Source: a virus. Taken from it: a stretch of 64,000 nucleotides of DNA. Of the stretch, positions 10,201-20,438 are shown in pieces. The DNA is taken from positions 23,024 to 87,023 of IMG/VR virus record IMGVR_UViG_3300011254_000489. One strand, written 5' to 3'. The notes beneath the pieces are model-generated. The model saw nothing but the letters and a program-made list of their open reading frames with translations, was not told the DNA's origin and did no database searches. The stretch's first letter is position 1. Every line of letters begins with the position of its first letter. The translations under genes and the position numbers were made by a program.

Positions 10201-10793
10201 CACCAATCAACCTCCAAATCTACAAATTCTTCTTTTTCTATTGAGAAGGCTTTGACAAAACCATTCTCTTGACCATACTTCCAAATATCATATACGATTT
10301 TAGTATCCTTCATACAATATTCTACTACTCTATCATACTCTCCTTGTTTCCAAAGTTTGGGAGCATCTGCACTTTCCATTAACTTACTTTCATTAAGAGT
10401 ATTAACTCCTAAGTTTTGCAGTTGAAATCTTTCTCCGTGATTCTTAGTTAGGATTCTACTTGTATCAATGTACTTTTTATCCTTTAGGTACTTGTTAATG
10501 CAGTAAATATCCATTGAATCTTTAAGGATAGCCAAGTCAAAAGAAGCAATATTATGTCCTAGTAGTACTCCACCTTTCTGTAGGTGTTCATCTAAGTCGT
10601 ATTTTAAATCTCTTAGTGTTTTTATAATGTGTCCCGATTTAGCGAAGGTGTCTACTGCTTCATCAACATATACAGTGCCTACTGAACCATCCCAAGTAGC
10701 AACAGTTGAGACTTGAAACATATGAGTATTACCAAACCCACCAATTTCATGAGACATATTTTTTGTCTCTATGTCTAGTGCTAGAACTGACAT
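10200..10793 (-). CDS. RNase H-fold 3'-5' exonuclease (DEDD/YprB-like)
   Basis: LDIET, GHNI.SFD, YC..D motifs; start refined to MSVLALD. Confidence 0.85.
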   Translation of the reverse strand: MSVLALDIETKNMSHEIGGFGNTHMFQVSTVATWDGSVGTVYVDEAVDTFAKSGHIIKTLRDLKYDLDEHLQKGGVLLGHNIASFDLAILKDSMDIYCINKYLKDKKYIDTSRILTKNHGERFQLQNLGVNTLNESKLMESADAPKLWKQGEYDRVVEYCMKDTKIVYDIWKYGQENGFVKAFSIEKEEFVDLEVDW

Positions 10794-10797
10794 ATTC

Positions 10798-11037
10798 TCA
10801 CTTCTTGGAATTACCCGACCACGCTTGTTTAATCTTTTGTTGAGTTTCATCAACTGCTTCAACTGGCTCATCTGTTCGTCGCTTTAAGAAAGCAACAATG
10901 TTAGTGTTGGCTACAGTTAGCATAGAACAACATTCCCATCCTTCTTCGCCATAAGTGTTCAGCGATTCAATAATTACCTTCGGCCCTTTTGTTACATCAA
11001 AAACAATAAATGTGTTTTCCCAATTCATCTTATTCAC
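10798..11037 (-). CDS. DUF4177-like small protein
   Basis: LN.YG.EGWE...FLKR motif. Confidence 0.6.
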   Translation of the reverse strand: MNKMNWENTFIVFDVTKGPKVIIESLNTYGEEGWECCSMLTVANTNIVAFLKRRTDEPVEAVDETQQKIKQAWSGNSKK

Positions 11038-12535
11038 CCTTTAATTTTATGAAAGTCTGCCTTCCTTTTTTCTTTATTGAGAAGTTGTTTTTTATTTTGT
11101 CAAAGTCACGGTACACTTGGGGTTGGCTTTTTCCTGTACGCTTCTGTATTTCCTTCAATAAGTCCGACTTAGAAATGAATCCTTCTTCATCTTTCTCCAT
11201 TTCTTGATATTGTTTTAGAAACGCTCCATTTGCCCTGTGTTTCAACTCGTCCTTGTTGGCCGACTTGAGGCTCATTTCTAACCACTCTATCAATGATTTA
11301 TAGCAGTTTCGTACAATAAACGCCGCTTGATTAACATTTCTTCCATTGACGATGAACCGCTTTTCATCATCACGGATTGAATTAGCCTCTGCTACACAAC
11401 AAAGAATTGCAATTTTACCTAGCAAACCTAACCATCTAGTTTGGAAATTCTTCACAATGTCCCGAATATCGCCCACTACAGAATCACTCCAAGAATCCAT
11501 ATCTGTCAATCTCATGAGTAGAGTATCATTAAATTCCGGTGCAAATCGTATTGTCAAATTAGCATCGGGTTTTCCCGTTTTGTTATTAGGATGATTTACA
11601 GTACCTTCGTATTGTTTCTTAGTCAATTCGTAGACCTTAAACAAAGCATTAGCGAATCTTTCTACGGGCATATTACTCTCTTCAATAACACCAAAATTGG
11701 CTACAATTGTTTCACGAATGCTTCTTTGTATGTCTTCCGGTACATGCTTTACTAATACCAAAGCCCTTTGAAATAAACCTGTTTCAACAATCGCTCTATC
11801 AAGATTTGATGGAGGGAAGGTAGTTGCTAGAATAGAACGCTGAGAACGACATTCAACTTTTGGCCCTTCCTTTAACTTCTTAGTAATGACCCAAGAAGAC
11901 CCACAAAGACTGTTACATAGAGTATTCAAGTAAGTGACAATTCCTTCTTTGTGTTGTGTTTGCTTGAAGATACCGGAGTTGGAAAATTCATCCCAACGGG
12001 CTAGCCCATGTCCGTCTAATTCTCCTTTGATGTGGTTCCATCTGTTATTACCGTCATCGTCAATGTACTGCTCTTGGTATCCAATCAAAGCGGCATCAGT
12101 ATATTCTACAATGTCAAAATTATCGTATTGTTCTAGAGGTTTACTCGTAGGTTCTTCGTAATCATCCAATCCTTGATTTTCTGCTCTTTGTTCGCTAGCG
12201 ATAACTTCTCTAGGTCTTAGATTTTGTGACTTGTTAATCTTAGCCCAAAGTATATTGGATACAGGCAATACGAAATCCATAATTGCCGTCTTACCTGTAC
12301 CGGAGTTTTGAATCCAAACAAAGTGTAGTCGGGAATCGTCGCTACCCTTTCCTCTAGGGATATGCACAAAATCCTTTACTGCTTGTCCTAACAAAACCAA
12401 ACAAGTTAATGCGGCGGGAACATCGTTGTATTTAGAATACTTCAACGCTTCTTTCATCCATTCACTAACCAATGTTGGTAGTTTTTCTCCGATAACTTCG
12501 GTTTCTTCTTCTTCGTATATTTCATCTTCATTCAT
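11030..12535 (-). CDS. MCM-like AAA+ ATPase, putative replicative helicase, with C-terminal wHTH
   Basis: Walker A SGTGKT, T.AAL.G, Walker B WDEF, G..QR arginine finger; replication context. Confidence 0.7.
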   Translation of the reverse strand: MNEDEIYEEEETEVIGEKLPTLVSEWMKEALKYSKYNDVPAALTCLVLLGQAVKDFVHIPRGKGSDDSRLHFVWIQNSGTGKTAIMDFVLPVSNILWAKINKSQNLRPREVIASEQRAENQGLDDYEEPTSKPLEQYDNFDIVEYTDAALIGYQEQYIDDDGNNRWNHIKGELDGHGLARWDEFSNSGIFKQTQHKEGIVTYLNTLCNSLCGSSWVITKKLKEGPKVECRSQRSILATTFPPSNLDRAIVETGLFQRALVLVKHVPEDIQRSIRETIVANFGVIEESNMPVERFANALFKVYELTKKQYEGTVNHPNNKTGKPDANLTIRFAPEFNDTLLMRLTDMDSWSDSVVGDIRDIVKNFQTRWLGLLGKIAILCCVAEANSIRDDEKRFIVNGRNVNQAAFIVRNCYKSLIEWLEMSLKSANKDELKHRANGAFLKQYQEMEKDEEGFISKSDLLKEIQKRTGKSQPQVYRDFDKIKNNFSIKKKGRQTFIKLKGE

Positions 12536-13227
12536 ATTTTCACCTTCTTTTCACTAAATAATACATCTAATATTCTAGATGCAGTTTTTTCTCCTATGCC
12601 GTCAAGTTTAGTGAGGTCTTGTACGGTGTGGAGTCCTATTTCTTGTATGGAACCAAATTGCTTTAAGAGCATTTTGGCTTTCTTGACTGATACTCCCTTT
12701 ATTGTAGAGAGTACATCAATACGCAAATCTTCTGTTGTAACTCTTTTGATTACTTCGGGTCTTATGGCCTCCCTGTTTAGAGGCTTAACTTTACAGAAAG
12801 CGGTAATTAAAAGGGCCGCTTCCTTCTCGCTTTCTACCCAAAGAGGTTTGGTATCAGTGTCTAAAGCAATTCTAGAAATCCCTCCTAAGAATTTATTCTT
12901 GAGCATTAAGGCTCTTGTGCCGTGAGGCATTTTACTTTTAGAATTACTAATTACTGACTCTACGGCTTCGTTTAAGGAACCATAAATTATGACAAAGTTA
13001 TGCTTGTAGTGCCTATCCATGTTATCTATTTGATTCCACATTCTTTTATTCATCAAAGAACCTAAGAAATCTACAGTAGATTTTGCTTCAAAACACATAT
13101 CATCAAAGACATAATCTCCAACTTCTATCCATTTCTTCTCCATCTCAATTGACAAGTACTTGGCGTGATACTCAACCAATTCAACCAATTTTGAACCGGC
13201 TCTTTCTCTGCTATCAATAACCAACAT
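12532..13227 (-). CDS. ERCC4/XPF (Hef-like) structure-specific nuclease with HhH2
   Basis: IDSRE, GDY, EAKS..DF..S motif; IKGVS.K.A and GIGEKTA HhH repeats. Confidence 0.9.
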   Translation of the reverse strand: MLVIDSRERAGSKLVELVEYHAKYLSIEMEKKWIEVGDYVFDDMCFEAKSTVDFLGSLMNKRMWNQIDNMDRHYKHNFVIIYGSLNEAVESVISNSKSKMPHGTRALMLKNKFLGGISRIALDTDTKPLWVESEKEAALLITAFCKVKPLNREAIRPEVIKRVTTEDLRIDVLSTIKGVSVKKAKMLLKQFGSIQEIGLHTVQDLTKLDGIGEKTASRILDVLFSEKKVKI

Positions 13228-13228
13228 C

Positions 13229-13606
13229 TCAATCAGTCCATTGTAAAAGTGTCCGGTATTTAAGCGAAGTGAGGATTTTGGGTTGGTCTTTTCTGTAGCC
13301 TCGCATTGTTTCTAAGAAAAGGAAGACTAGCCATTCATCCCATTCTTCGGGAAACTCACTTCCTTCATTAGAGAAGGACTTTGCTTGATAGTAGAAATCG
13401 CCCATGTGTAGTGGGTGCTTCCAAAAGACTCTATCTCCTTCCATGTAAACTTCCCAACCGTCTTTACGAATTATCAATTCGGGTTGAGGATATTCTCCAT
13501 CGGGGTCATCATCAAAATATGTTGGTGATTTAGTTAATTTCATCCATTTCTTTAAGTTAAATTTCAATTTAATTCCTCCATTGTTTTTCGTACTTTTTTT
13601 ACGCAA
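13229..13606 (-). CDS. Hypothetical protein
   Basis: ORF within minus-strand operon; start uncertain. Confidence 0.5.
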   Translation of the reverse strand: MRKKSTKNNGGIKLKFNLKKWMKLTKSPTYFDDDPDGEYPQPELIIRKDGWEVYMEGDRVFWKHPLHMGDFYYQAKSFSNEGSEFPEEWDEWLVFLFLETMRGYRKDQPKILTSLKYRTLLQWTD

Positions 13607-13857
13607 TCATCACAAATGCCTCCGGCATCAAAACAATTAACGCAACCGTGTTTATCTTCTACAGATTTACTAATTTGTTTAAAGGACTTGTACTCTTGTG
13701 GCCCCACCATATCTACTAGTAATTTCAATATTATTCCATTCATGTAAACCATCTTACCCATATTTTCTTGGAGGGCTTCATGTATTGCTACATTACCTCC
13801 TAGTATTAGCAGGAACAATCCTACTAATGATACTCCTACAATTATTTCAATTATCAT
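13564..13857 (-). CDS. Hypothetical membrane-anchored protein with CxxC-CxxC
   Basis: N-terminal TM helix, CVNC...CDDC; coupled to primase stop. Confidence 0.55.
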   Translation of the reverse strand: MIIEIIVGVSLVGLFLLILGGNVAIHEALQENMGKMVYMNGIILKLLVDMVGPQEYKSFKQISKSVEDKHGCVNCFDAGGICDDCVKKVRKTMEELN

Positions 13858-14894
13858 TTTTTCACCTCATCTAAGTAATTTGGATACCTCCAACATCTTC
13901 CGACGCAATATCCTTCGGGGATTAATTTAGTTTTACAGTTAGGCGTTTTATAATTACCATGTACTGTAAACTTAGCGTGTCTTTTTGTGGTTGATTTATC
14001 CCAATCTAACCACACACCGTCTATGGATGCAATCTTTTCTATTTCTTCAATGATTAAATCTAAGACTTCGTTTTTCTGTTCTGTAGAAATTAACTTTGTT
14101 CTCTGTGTTAGTAAGTCCCGATACCAAGAAACAAGATACGCTCTAGCCATATGACTAGGATTTTCCACCATGATAGCATTATGCAAACAAGGAAGTAGAG
14201 GCAAATTACCCTCAATCTTGCTAACTTTGACTTCTCCTTCTACCATTTCAATAGGAGGCAAATCGGGCCAAATTACAGGTGAATTATTTGTCACTTTTCT
14301 TGCAATTAGTCTAGGCTCGGAGGCCAATGTTTGCAATTCTTGAATGCCCGTTTTTAGGTCGTTTTCAAAGATTGGGATACAATAGTAAGGAACTCCGTTT
14401 TCATCGGAAGAAGACAGGTTTACTGTGTTTGGAATTCTCCTAAGCCTAGTAGTTTGACCTACTCTATCGTCCAAAGTAGAATCCGAGCCAAGTAGAGATT
14501 TCACCTCTCTGTAAAATGCTTGGATATTTCTAATGTCATCAGTGACTTCCCCGTACACAAACAAGTGAAACCCCTTGCCGGAGAAAAACATAGTGTGTTG
14601 GTAGTCGTGTTTATTGATGTAGTCTAAAACAATAATCAAATCATCAAGTGCTTCCTGTAAATTATCGTCATGGGCATCAAAGTCTAAAAAGACTCTATCC
14701 AAAATAACAGAAGATTCTACCTTTGCCGTTTCAGCAAAGATAGCGAAATCATATACACTAGTGTAAACATTCGTCCTATTGTTAAACTCTTTAACAAAAC
14801 TTGTGTATTCACTTTTTGATTTCACTATTCTTCTCTTCATCTGTGGTGCGTTCTTGATGTGACTCCCCGCCCACACTTCCCTCGGAAATTTCAT
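13854..14894 (-). CDS. priS: Archaeo-eukaryotic primase, PriS catalytic domain fused to PriL C-terminal-like domain
   Basis: FLDFD, SGKGFH, RLRRIPNT motifs; C-terminal LPC...H.AR..LV...TPNC...C...C. Confidence 0.85.
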   Translation of the reverse strand: MKFPREVWAGSHIKNAPQMKRRIVKSKSEYTSFVKEFNNRTNVYTSVYDFAIFAETAKVESSVILDRVFLDFDAHDDNLQEALDDLIIVLDYINKHDYQHTMFFSGKGFHLFVYGEVTDDIRNIQAFYREVKSLLGSDSTLDDRVGQTTRLRRIPNTVNLSSSDENGVPYYCIPIFENDLKTGIQELQTLASEPRLIARKVTNNSPVIWPDLPPIEMVEGEVKVSKIEGNLPLLPCLHNAIMVENPSHMARAYLVSWYRDLLTQRTKLISTEQKNEVLDLIIEEIEKIASIDGVWLDWDKSTTKRHAKFTVHGNYKTPNCKTKLIPEGYCVGRCWRYPNYLDEVKK

Positions 14895-15186
14895 TTTTAT
14901 TGCCTCCTTCAAAACTGATTGTTGCTTGTCCTAACATTTCTCTAATTACTTCTGCTATTTCGCCTCGTAGTTGTATTTTAACTGCTTCCCTAAAAGCGTC
15001 TTCAAAAGAATATCCGACAAAACCTTCGTTTAATTTTAATTCTCTTACTAATTCAAACCTTTCAATTAATTTAGATTCGTTATAGATTTCTTCACATAGT
15101 ATTTCTATGGTGTCTTTTAGATTAGAAATCTCTAAGAAAGTCCAAGACCTAGATAATACTTTTAGTTTGATATTATTTTTATTCAT
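14809..15186 (-). CDS. Hypothetical protein
   Basis: ORF in operon. Confidence 0.55.
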   Translation of the reverse strand: MNKNNIKLKVLSRSWTFLEISNLKDTIEILCEEIYNESKLIERFELVRELKLNEGFVGYSFEDAFREAVKIQLRGEIAEVIREMLGQATISFEGGNKNEISEGSVGGESHQERTTDEEKNSEIKK

Positions 15187-15308
15187 TATCCCACCCCATA
15201 ATAGTATTTATTCGTTCTAATAAAATTTTAGAAACATCATTTCTACCCATAGCACTAATAATACTGATTGCATCTGTGGCTACCGCCATTATACTATCTT
15301 TCATAATA

Positions 15309-16208
15309 TCACATCAACCAAGTTTCTTCATCACACAATGGGAAATAACTACAATGGGCGCAAGTCTTGTAGAAGAACTTAGTGGGGAAGTTTTTATTCT
15401 CATAAGCGTGTATTAGTCTAGCAATAGATTTCATAGCAGAATTCTTAGATTGCTTTTTTACTTTCTCACAATACATATGATTGGAAATAGGATAATACCA
15501 AGACCAATGAGTAACAGGTACTCCTTCTTCTAGTCCTGCATTTTGCAGAACCGCAGGACTACTATTCTCAATAAGTATTTGATAGAACGCCATTTCCTTT
15601 CTCATAGGAGAAGTTTTTGTGTCTTTCCACGGCCCTGTTTTAAACTCCATAGGAATGTAGCCTTCCCCTTCTTGAAAGATTCTGTCAATGATTCCTTGTA
15701 AGTGTACCTTGTACGGGCGAGTCAATGGATACTTAGGGTCGGTATTAGCCTCAATAATAATCTCACAATCAAACTTACCTTCGTTGCATACAGGCAAAAA
15801 TTCATGAATTTTACCTTCTTTCTTAGCATCCATAAATCTCTGCGCTTCAAAGATTGCGATTCCTGCATAGTCATCAAAGTACTCATCTAAAGGAAACAGT
15901 GAAGAACAATAGTCAATAACTTCTGTACTGTTCATAGTTTCTGCTTTCTTAATATCAAACGCATTAAAGAAATCCTCTCTTGCGTTGTGCATAATCGTTC
16001 CTTTTCGCATTGCTTCGGATTGGTCTTGAGGTCTTCGTTCAATGTAATTATATTCGTATTTCTTAGGACACCAAATATGAGAACCCAAAGAAGACTTTGT
16101 AATCTTCAAAATGGGTTCGCTAGGGTCATCGTAATTTTCCGGCAACCACTGATATGTGTAGTCGTCCATCGCTTCTATTTCTGCATTATATTTTTCTTCA
16201 TTATTCAT
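15309..16208 (-). CDS. Cas4/RecB-like PD-(D/E)xK exonuclease with 4-Cys cluster
   Basis: S......CP..Y, G...H, G.IDR, EFKTG, C..C.Y...C. Confidence 0.85.
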   Translation of the reverse strand: MNNEEKYNAEIEAMDDYTYQWLPENYDDPSEPILKITKSSLGSHIWCPKKYEYNYIERRPQDQSEAMRKGTIMHNAREDFFNAFDIKKAETMNSTEVIDYCSSLFPLDEYFDDYAGIAIFEAQRFMDAKKEGKIHEFLPVCNEGKFDCEIIIEANTDPKYPLTRPYKVHLQGIIDRIFQEGEGYIPMEFKTGPWKDTKTSPMRKEMAFYQILIENSSPAVLQNAGLEEGVPVTHWSWYYPISNHMYCEKVKKQSKNSAMKSIARLIHAYENKNFPTKFFYKTCAHCSYFPLCDEETWLM

Positions 16209-16209
16209 A

Positions 16210-17115
16210 TTACCACCAATCCGATAGTTTCTTTTCTTTAGTTTTTATGCTTGCAGTGTCCCATTCCATTGCTTTGTAAACGGGTTCTGCTTTCTTAATT
16301 ACTTGGTCTGCATAATGTGACCAATCGGGAGAATACTCTCTTAGTTCGTCAAAGGTTCTTCCTGCAACATAGGTCGCCTCTACTTGTTTTCCTGTTAGCG
16401 GGTTAGTATAATGTCCTGCCGGTTTGCACTTGATGAAAACATAAGAGTCAATATTAGTAGGCAGATTTAGTTTTTCTACTCCGAATAATATTGCCGAATT
16501 ACCTGCTCCGAATACCGGCTTCTTACCTTCTTTAGTAGTGAAGGTTGTAAACTCAGCCGCACACTTAGAACAGAAATTTGTTCTCTTACCTTGTGTGAAT
16601 TTGTGCTTTTTCTGTAAATCAAACACAGAATAGCCCTTACCACAAGAACATTTTACCTTAAAGCGTTCTTCCTTAAACCGACTTCTTTTGACAATAGATT
16701 CAAAATCTATTTCCCCTTTCAGTACAGTAGAATACTTTTGATGTAGGTATTCGTTTATTTCTTCAAACGAACATTGGTCTACCCACATTCTAAGAACAGT
16801 GCTTTGAATATCTCTAGCAAAACCTGTTTCGGAAATTTTCTTAGCAGTAAATCCTGTCATTACAAACTTGGGTTCGTCCAACCAAACACCATCTAGCCAA
16901 GATACAAGACCTACATTTCGGTTCTTAGTAGTCCCTACTCCTAAACTAGAATAGAATTTCTCAAACTCCAATACTACAGGGTGTTGTTCTAGACCAAGTA
17001 CATTAGGAAAGGATTCTCTAACATGGTCGTTAATTTCTTCTATTGCTACCTTTGCTTTTTCTACTGAATCGCATTTAATATAAATAGAATCTGTGTGTCC
17101 ATATACTACTTTCAT
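16210..17115 (-). CDS. polB: Family B DNA polymerase, C-terminal subunit (motif C and thumb)
   Basis: YGHTDS motif C at N-terminus, LEFEK.Y, KNR, G; ends K.LSDWW (PIP-box-like). Confidence 0.9.
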   Translation of the reverse strand: MKVVYGHTDSIYIKCDSVEKAKVAIEEINDHVRESFPNVLGLEQHPVVLEFEKFYSSLGVGTTKNRNVGLVSWLDGVWLDEPKFVMTGFTAKKISETGFARDIQSTVLRMWVDQCSFEEINEYLHQKYSTVLKGEIDFESIVKRSRFKEERFKVKCSCGKGYSVFDLQKKHKFTQGKRTNFCSKCAAEFTTFTTKEGKKPVFGAGNSAILFGVEKLNLPTNIDSYVFIKCKPAGHYTNPLTGKQVEATYVAGRTFDELREYSPDWSHYADQVIKKAEPVYKAMEWDTASIKTKEKKLSDWW

Positions 17116-17246
17116 TGTTTATCTCTCCCTATTAAAAACATTCTTGCTTCAATAGCCTTAGTAATACAGGGGTCACACACTTTGTATTTCCCGCATCTTA
17201 GTCCTCTTGATTCAGCATTCTCTTCTCTACACATATCGCACTTCAT
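17112..17246 (-). CDS. Small zinc-finger protein (44 aa)
   Basis: MKCDMC...VCDPC; ATGA overlaps on both sides. Confidence 0.6.
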   Translation of the reverse strand: MKCDMCREENAESRGLRCGKYKVCDPCITKAIEARMFLIGRDKQ

Positions 17247-17665
17247 TCAATCACCTCCTGTAAAACTCCTAATGATAATATATAATTAATGAACTCATTA
17301 GAGCGTTCATTAATGCCTATTGTTGAAATGTAGTTGGCGTTTGTTTGTGCGATTGCAGTTGTGGCGAATCTTTTTCCTCTTTCGCTTTCACGAATCCATA
17401 CATGTTCTAGCGCACGGTATTCATCGTGTAGGTATTCCACAGTAAGAAAGCCTATGGTTTCATGCTCACCTTCAAAGCCGGAATAATGATGTTCTTCATT
17501 TTCCCAAGTTTCCTTGTAGATGAAATAAAATTCATTTTCACAGAAATGGTGTATTACTTGTTCCTTATGAAAATCCTCTTTCCATTCTTCGTATAAGTCA
17601 ATAAATGATATTAGGTCATCCCCAAACCTACAGTCTGCTTTTCTAATAAAAACTTCTTCAATCAT
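17243..17665 (-). CDS. GNAT-family acetyltransferase
   Basis: IGFL...LEHVWI.ESERGKRFA motif A (R/QxxGxA-like). Confidence 0.6.
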   Translation of the reverse strand: MIEEVFIRKADCRFGDDLISFIDLYEEWKEDFHKEQVIHHFCENEFYFIYKETWENEEHHYSGFEGEHETIGFLTVEYLHDEYRALEHVWIRESERGKRFATTAIAQTNANYISTIGINERSNEFINYILSLGVLQEVIE

Positions 17666-17835
17666 TCTTTCACCATCTTTGTAATTCCTAATATTTTCAT
17701 CGCTTCTCTAATATGATGGTGTGCTGATTGTAGTTCTTCAACGATTACTTGAGGGGTGTCCGTTGATAGTTGCAAGCAACTGTTCCATAATTCAAATTCC
17801 GCCATTCTTAATAATTCTTCTAATTCTAATTTCAT
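17662..17835 (-). CDS. Hypothetical protein (57 aa)
   Basis: MKLELEELLRMAE...; ATGA overlaps on both sides. Confidence 0.55.
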   Translation of the reverse strand: MKLELEELLRMAEFELWNSCLQLSTDTPQVIVEELQSAHHHIREAMKILGITKMVKE

Positions 17836-18659
17836 TGTTTCATCTCCTCAATCTCTTTTTGAAAGTGTATTGTCTTCAACCTAACCTCTTCTTTAAATTG
17901 AATTTCATCAATTTTACCCCAAAGTTTTTCAGCGCATTCATCAATCATTAAAATATTCATTAGGTCATATTTAGTTAAGTCGCTAAAATAATATAGAGTT
18001 ATTTCTAATAATTTATTCATAGAAACATGATAATTAGGGTTAAGTATCCTACTATGTGCGCCCGATTCTACTAATTTAGAATACAGTATTTCATGATGAG
18101 GAAAAAATCCCTCTTTAATTTTAAAGTAATTTTTAATTTGCTTTTGTTTGTGTGCGAACTTATATTCAGTTTCATAATCTAAAGCATAGAATACATATTT
18201 TTTATCGGGATGATTTTCGGGTAAGTGGTATTGTTTAGTATCCTGTTCTGTAGCAGTAAAAAAACCGTGATTGTATATTTGGGCTTTATTACTAATCCAA
18301 CACCAATATTCAAGCCCGTATAGATTTTCGCTTTCTTTATGACAGGTTTTACATAACATATGTAAATTACATATGTCATCGGAACCTTCTACCGATTTAG
18401 CAAGAATATGCGCTCTCTCTAAGTTGGTGTTTGCACTAACTCCACAAGCCATGCAACCTTGATTTATTCTAACACCTTTCTTGTCTTTAATAAGGCAATT
18501 AAGATAACTTCTATTTAAAATATGACTTAAAGAACAATTTTCCCAATATTGATAAATCGCATGTGGCTTTGGAGCAATGTTTTTTCGGTGAGTAGTTACT
18601 AGTCTACCCATAATATCAATTTCTCCTTTTTCTAAATGTCTTGTATTCAATTTATTCAT
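17832..18659 (-). CDS. HNH endonuclease, putative homing endonuclease
   Basis: CMACG...ERAHI...GSD...NL..LC..CH; visibly more AT-rich than neighbours. Confidence 0.8.
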   Translation of the reverse strand: MNKLNTRHLEKGEIDIMGRLVTTHRKNIAPKPHAIYQYWENCSLSHILNRSYLNCLIKDKKGVRINQGCMACGVSANTNLERAHILAKSVEGSDDICNLHMLCKTCHKESENLYGLEYWCWISNKAQIYNHGFFTATEQDTKQYHLPENHPDKKYVFYALDYETEYKFAHKQKQIKNYFKIKEGFFPHHEILYSKLVESGAHSRILNPNYHVSMNKLLEITLYYFSDLTKYDLMNILMIDECAEKLWGKIDEIQFKEEVRLKTIHFQKEIEEMKQ

Positions 18660-20419
18660 ACTTCCATCTCCCTTGCCTTAAATGCGGCTAATCTAATTGC
18701 CTCTCTTGCGCTCGCAGTAATGCTAGCGGCTAGGTCTTTGTTACTCCAACCGAACCCTCTAAAAGCAAGGATTCCGTAGAACGAAGCCATCAATCTCTTG
18801 ACGGCCATTTGGTTGTTATTCCACTTGACATACTCTTCTTTATCGTCACCATCTCTAGCAACCTTCATCTTCTTCTTGTAGTCGTTTCTCAAGTCCTTGA
18901 GAGCCAACAAAGAGCGAGGGAGAAGGCCCAATTCATCAGTCTTGAAGTATAGCATGTTAGGCTCATAGTCCACCGATACAGGGCGTAGATTTTGTGGTGT
19001 ATTCAAATCAGCACCAAAAGCAGTGGGTATTTCGCTGATGGTTTCAAAACTGATGTTCCTAGCGATAATCATTGAAGGATAGAGGCCCGCAAAGTCAAAC
19101 GCCGCCACATTAAGATGTAGTCCATTCGTACCTTCATCCAATGGATTGTAAATCATAGCACCCGAATAAGACAAAGATGCACCGCACTTTTTACATTCTT
19201 TCAGTTGTTTATCTTTAGGATTTTCGTATCCGCAATCATCACACTTCTTTGTTTTCAATCTAACACCTGTCTTACATTTCCAACTAGCATTGTTCATAAA
19301 GTAAATACTACCCATGTGGGAAGCATAGAAACAAGACTCAAAAGGAGCCACTAGCAATCTTTGTAAGGATATAATAGCCTCACTGCAATGGTTTTCCTCG
19401 TCTATCTTTCTTAGTAATTCTACATCTATGATAGTGTATTGTAAATAAGAATATTTATCTTCTAACCAAGCCCTTGAATAAAACTCATTAGGGTCAGTAA
19501 ATTTAGTTTCAATATATTTACCTTCACCGAATAGTGTTTTAGAAACATAGTCCAAAGCAAGACTTGGTAGTGTTCCTCTTTGTGCATCATTCCATTGTCG
19601 CTCAAAAGCAACATCAAGATTTAAGTTAATCATACCTTTAACGGGTTGTGCAATAGGAGAATAGCCTCCACTTTTAGTAAACTTTAGACCGTCTAGACTT
19701 TCTTCTATTCCATCAATAACATTCATTGGAGAAATACTTCTAGGGTCAATTTCATTAGCAATACATCGTCCTAATAGTTTAGGTAGGTCAAACTTAAGAC
19801 CAAACCAAGCAACCATCATATCGGGTTTTTCTTCCGAAAGAAAAGCAATAAACTTAGTTAGCATTTCCGCTTCGGAAGTACTGTAATCAAGAACGCTAGT
19901 ATAACCATCTACTGATGGCTTAGTAACTTTAGCAAACGATTCTTTAGGATACCATACCCACACATGGAAGTTTTTAGAGAAGTTATCGTAAAGAGCAATA
20001 GCAGTAATCTTACCATCATGTACTCCGCCTTGCATCCATTCCATATCCCAATAATACTTCTTTAGGGTGTACGGTTTCATAACATCTAAAGAATCAACTG
20101 CGTAGCGATTAACTAATGAAACATCTGCTTCATATGTCATATCACCTAACTTGGGATGCTTAAATGGCTTCCTAGCACTATCTACATGAGATGGCTTCTC
20201 GTAGTAAACTCGCTTTAGTTTAGTACCATCAATAGAAAACCATTCGCCCTTTACATAGGAAAAGTCCCTTCTTAGCATACCTACACTATATTGAGCAGGT
20301 TCTCTGTAAGAATCCGGTACATAAAAATAAGGAGCAAAGTCTACTAGTTCTGTAGACAATTCTCCTTGTTGGTTTCTATTAGATGTGTATATTGTATTTT
20401 CATAATTAGCAATTATCAT
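18656..20419 (-). CDS. polB: Family B DNA polymerase, N-terminal subunit (3'-5' exonuclease, motifs A and B)
   Basis: WDMEW, AWFG.KFD, Y...D exo motifs; DFAGLYPS motif A; Q.AVK.LMASFYG motif B. Confidence 0.92.
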   Translation of the reverse strand: MIIANYENTIYTSNRNQQGELSTELVDFAPYFYVPDSYREPAQYSVGMLRRDFSYVKGEWFSIDGTKLKRVYYEKPSHVDSARKPFKHPKLGDMTYEADVSLVNRYAVDSLDVMKPYTLKKYYWDMEWMQGGVHDGKITAIALYDNFSKNFHVWVWYPKESFAKVTKPSVDGYTSVLDYSTSEAEMLTKFIAFLSEEKPDMMVAWFGLKFDLPKLLGRCIANEIDPRSISPMNVIDGIEESLDGLKFTKSGGYSPIAQPVKGMINLNLDVAFERQWNDAQRGTLPSLALDYVSKTLFGEGKYIETKFTDPNEFYSRAWLEDKYSYLQYTIIDVELLRKIDEENHCSEAIISLQRLLVAPFESCFYASHMGSIYFMNNASWKCKTGVRLKTKKCDDCGYENPKDKQLKECKKCGASLSYSGAMIYNPLDEGTNGLHLNVAAFDFAGLYPSMIIARNISFETISEIPTAFGADLNTPQNLRPVSVDYEPNMLYFKTDELGLLPRSLLALKDLRNDYKKKMKVARDGDDKEEYVKWNNNQMAVKRLMASFYGILAFRGFGWSNKDLAASITASAREAIRLAAFKAREMEV

Positions 20420-20438
20420 TTATATTCCTCGTATATTA

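Noticed and set aside
15309-16208. Cas4 as evidence of a CRISPR-Cas system
   Set aside because: Solo Cas4-like nucleases are common in archaeal virus replication modules; no cas1/cas2 or array
17116-18655. Intein or group I intron interrupting polB
   Set aside because: No intein terminal residues; the gap is fully tiled by four translationally coupled ORFs, leaving no room for a ribozyme core; the C-half has its own start
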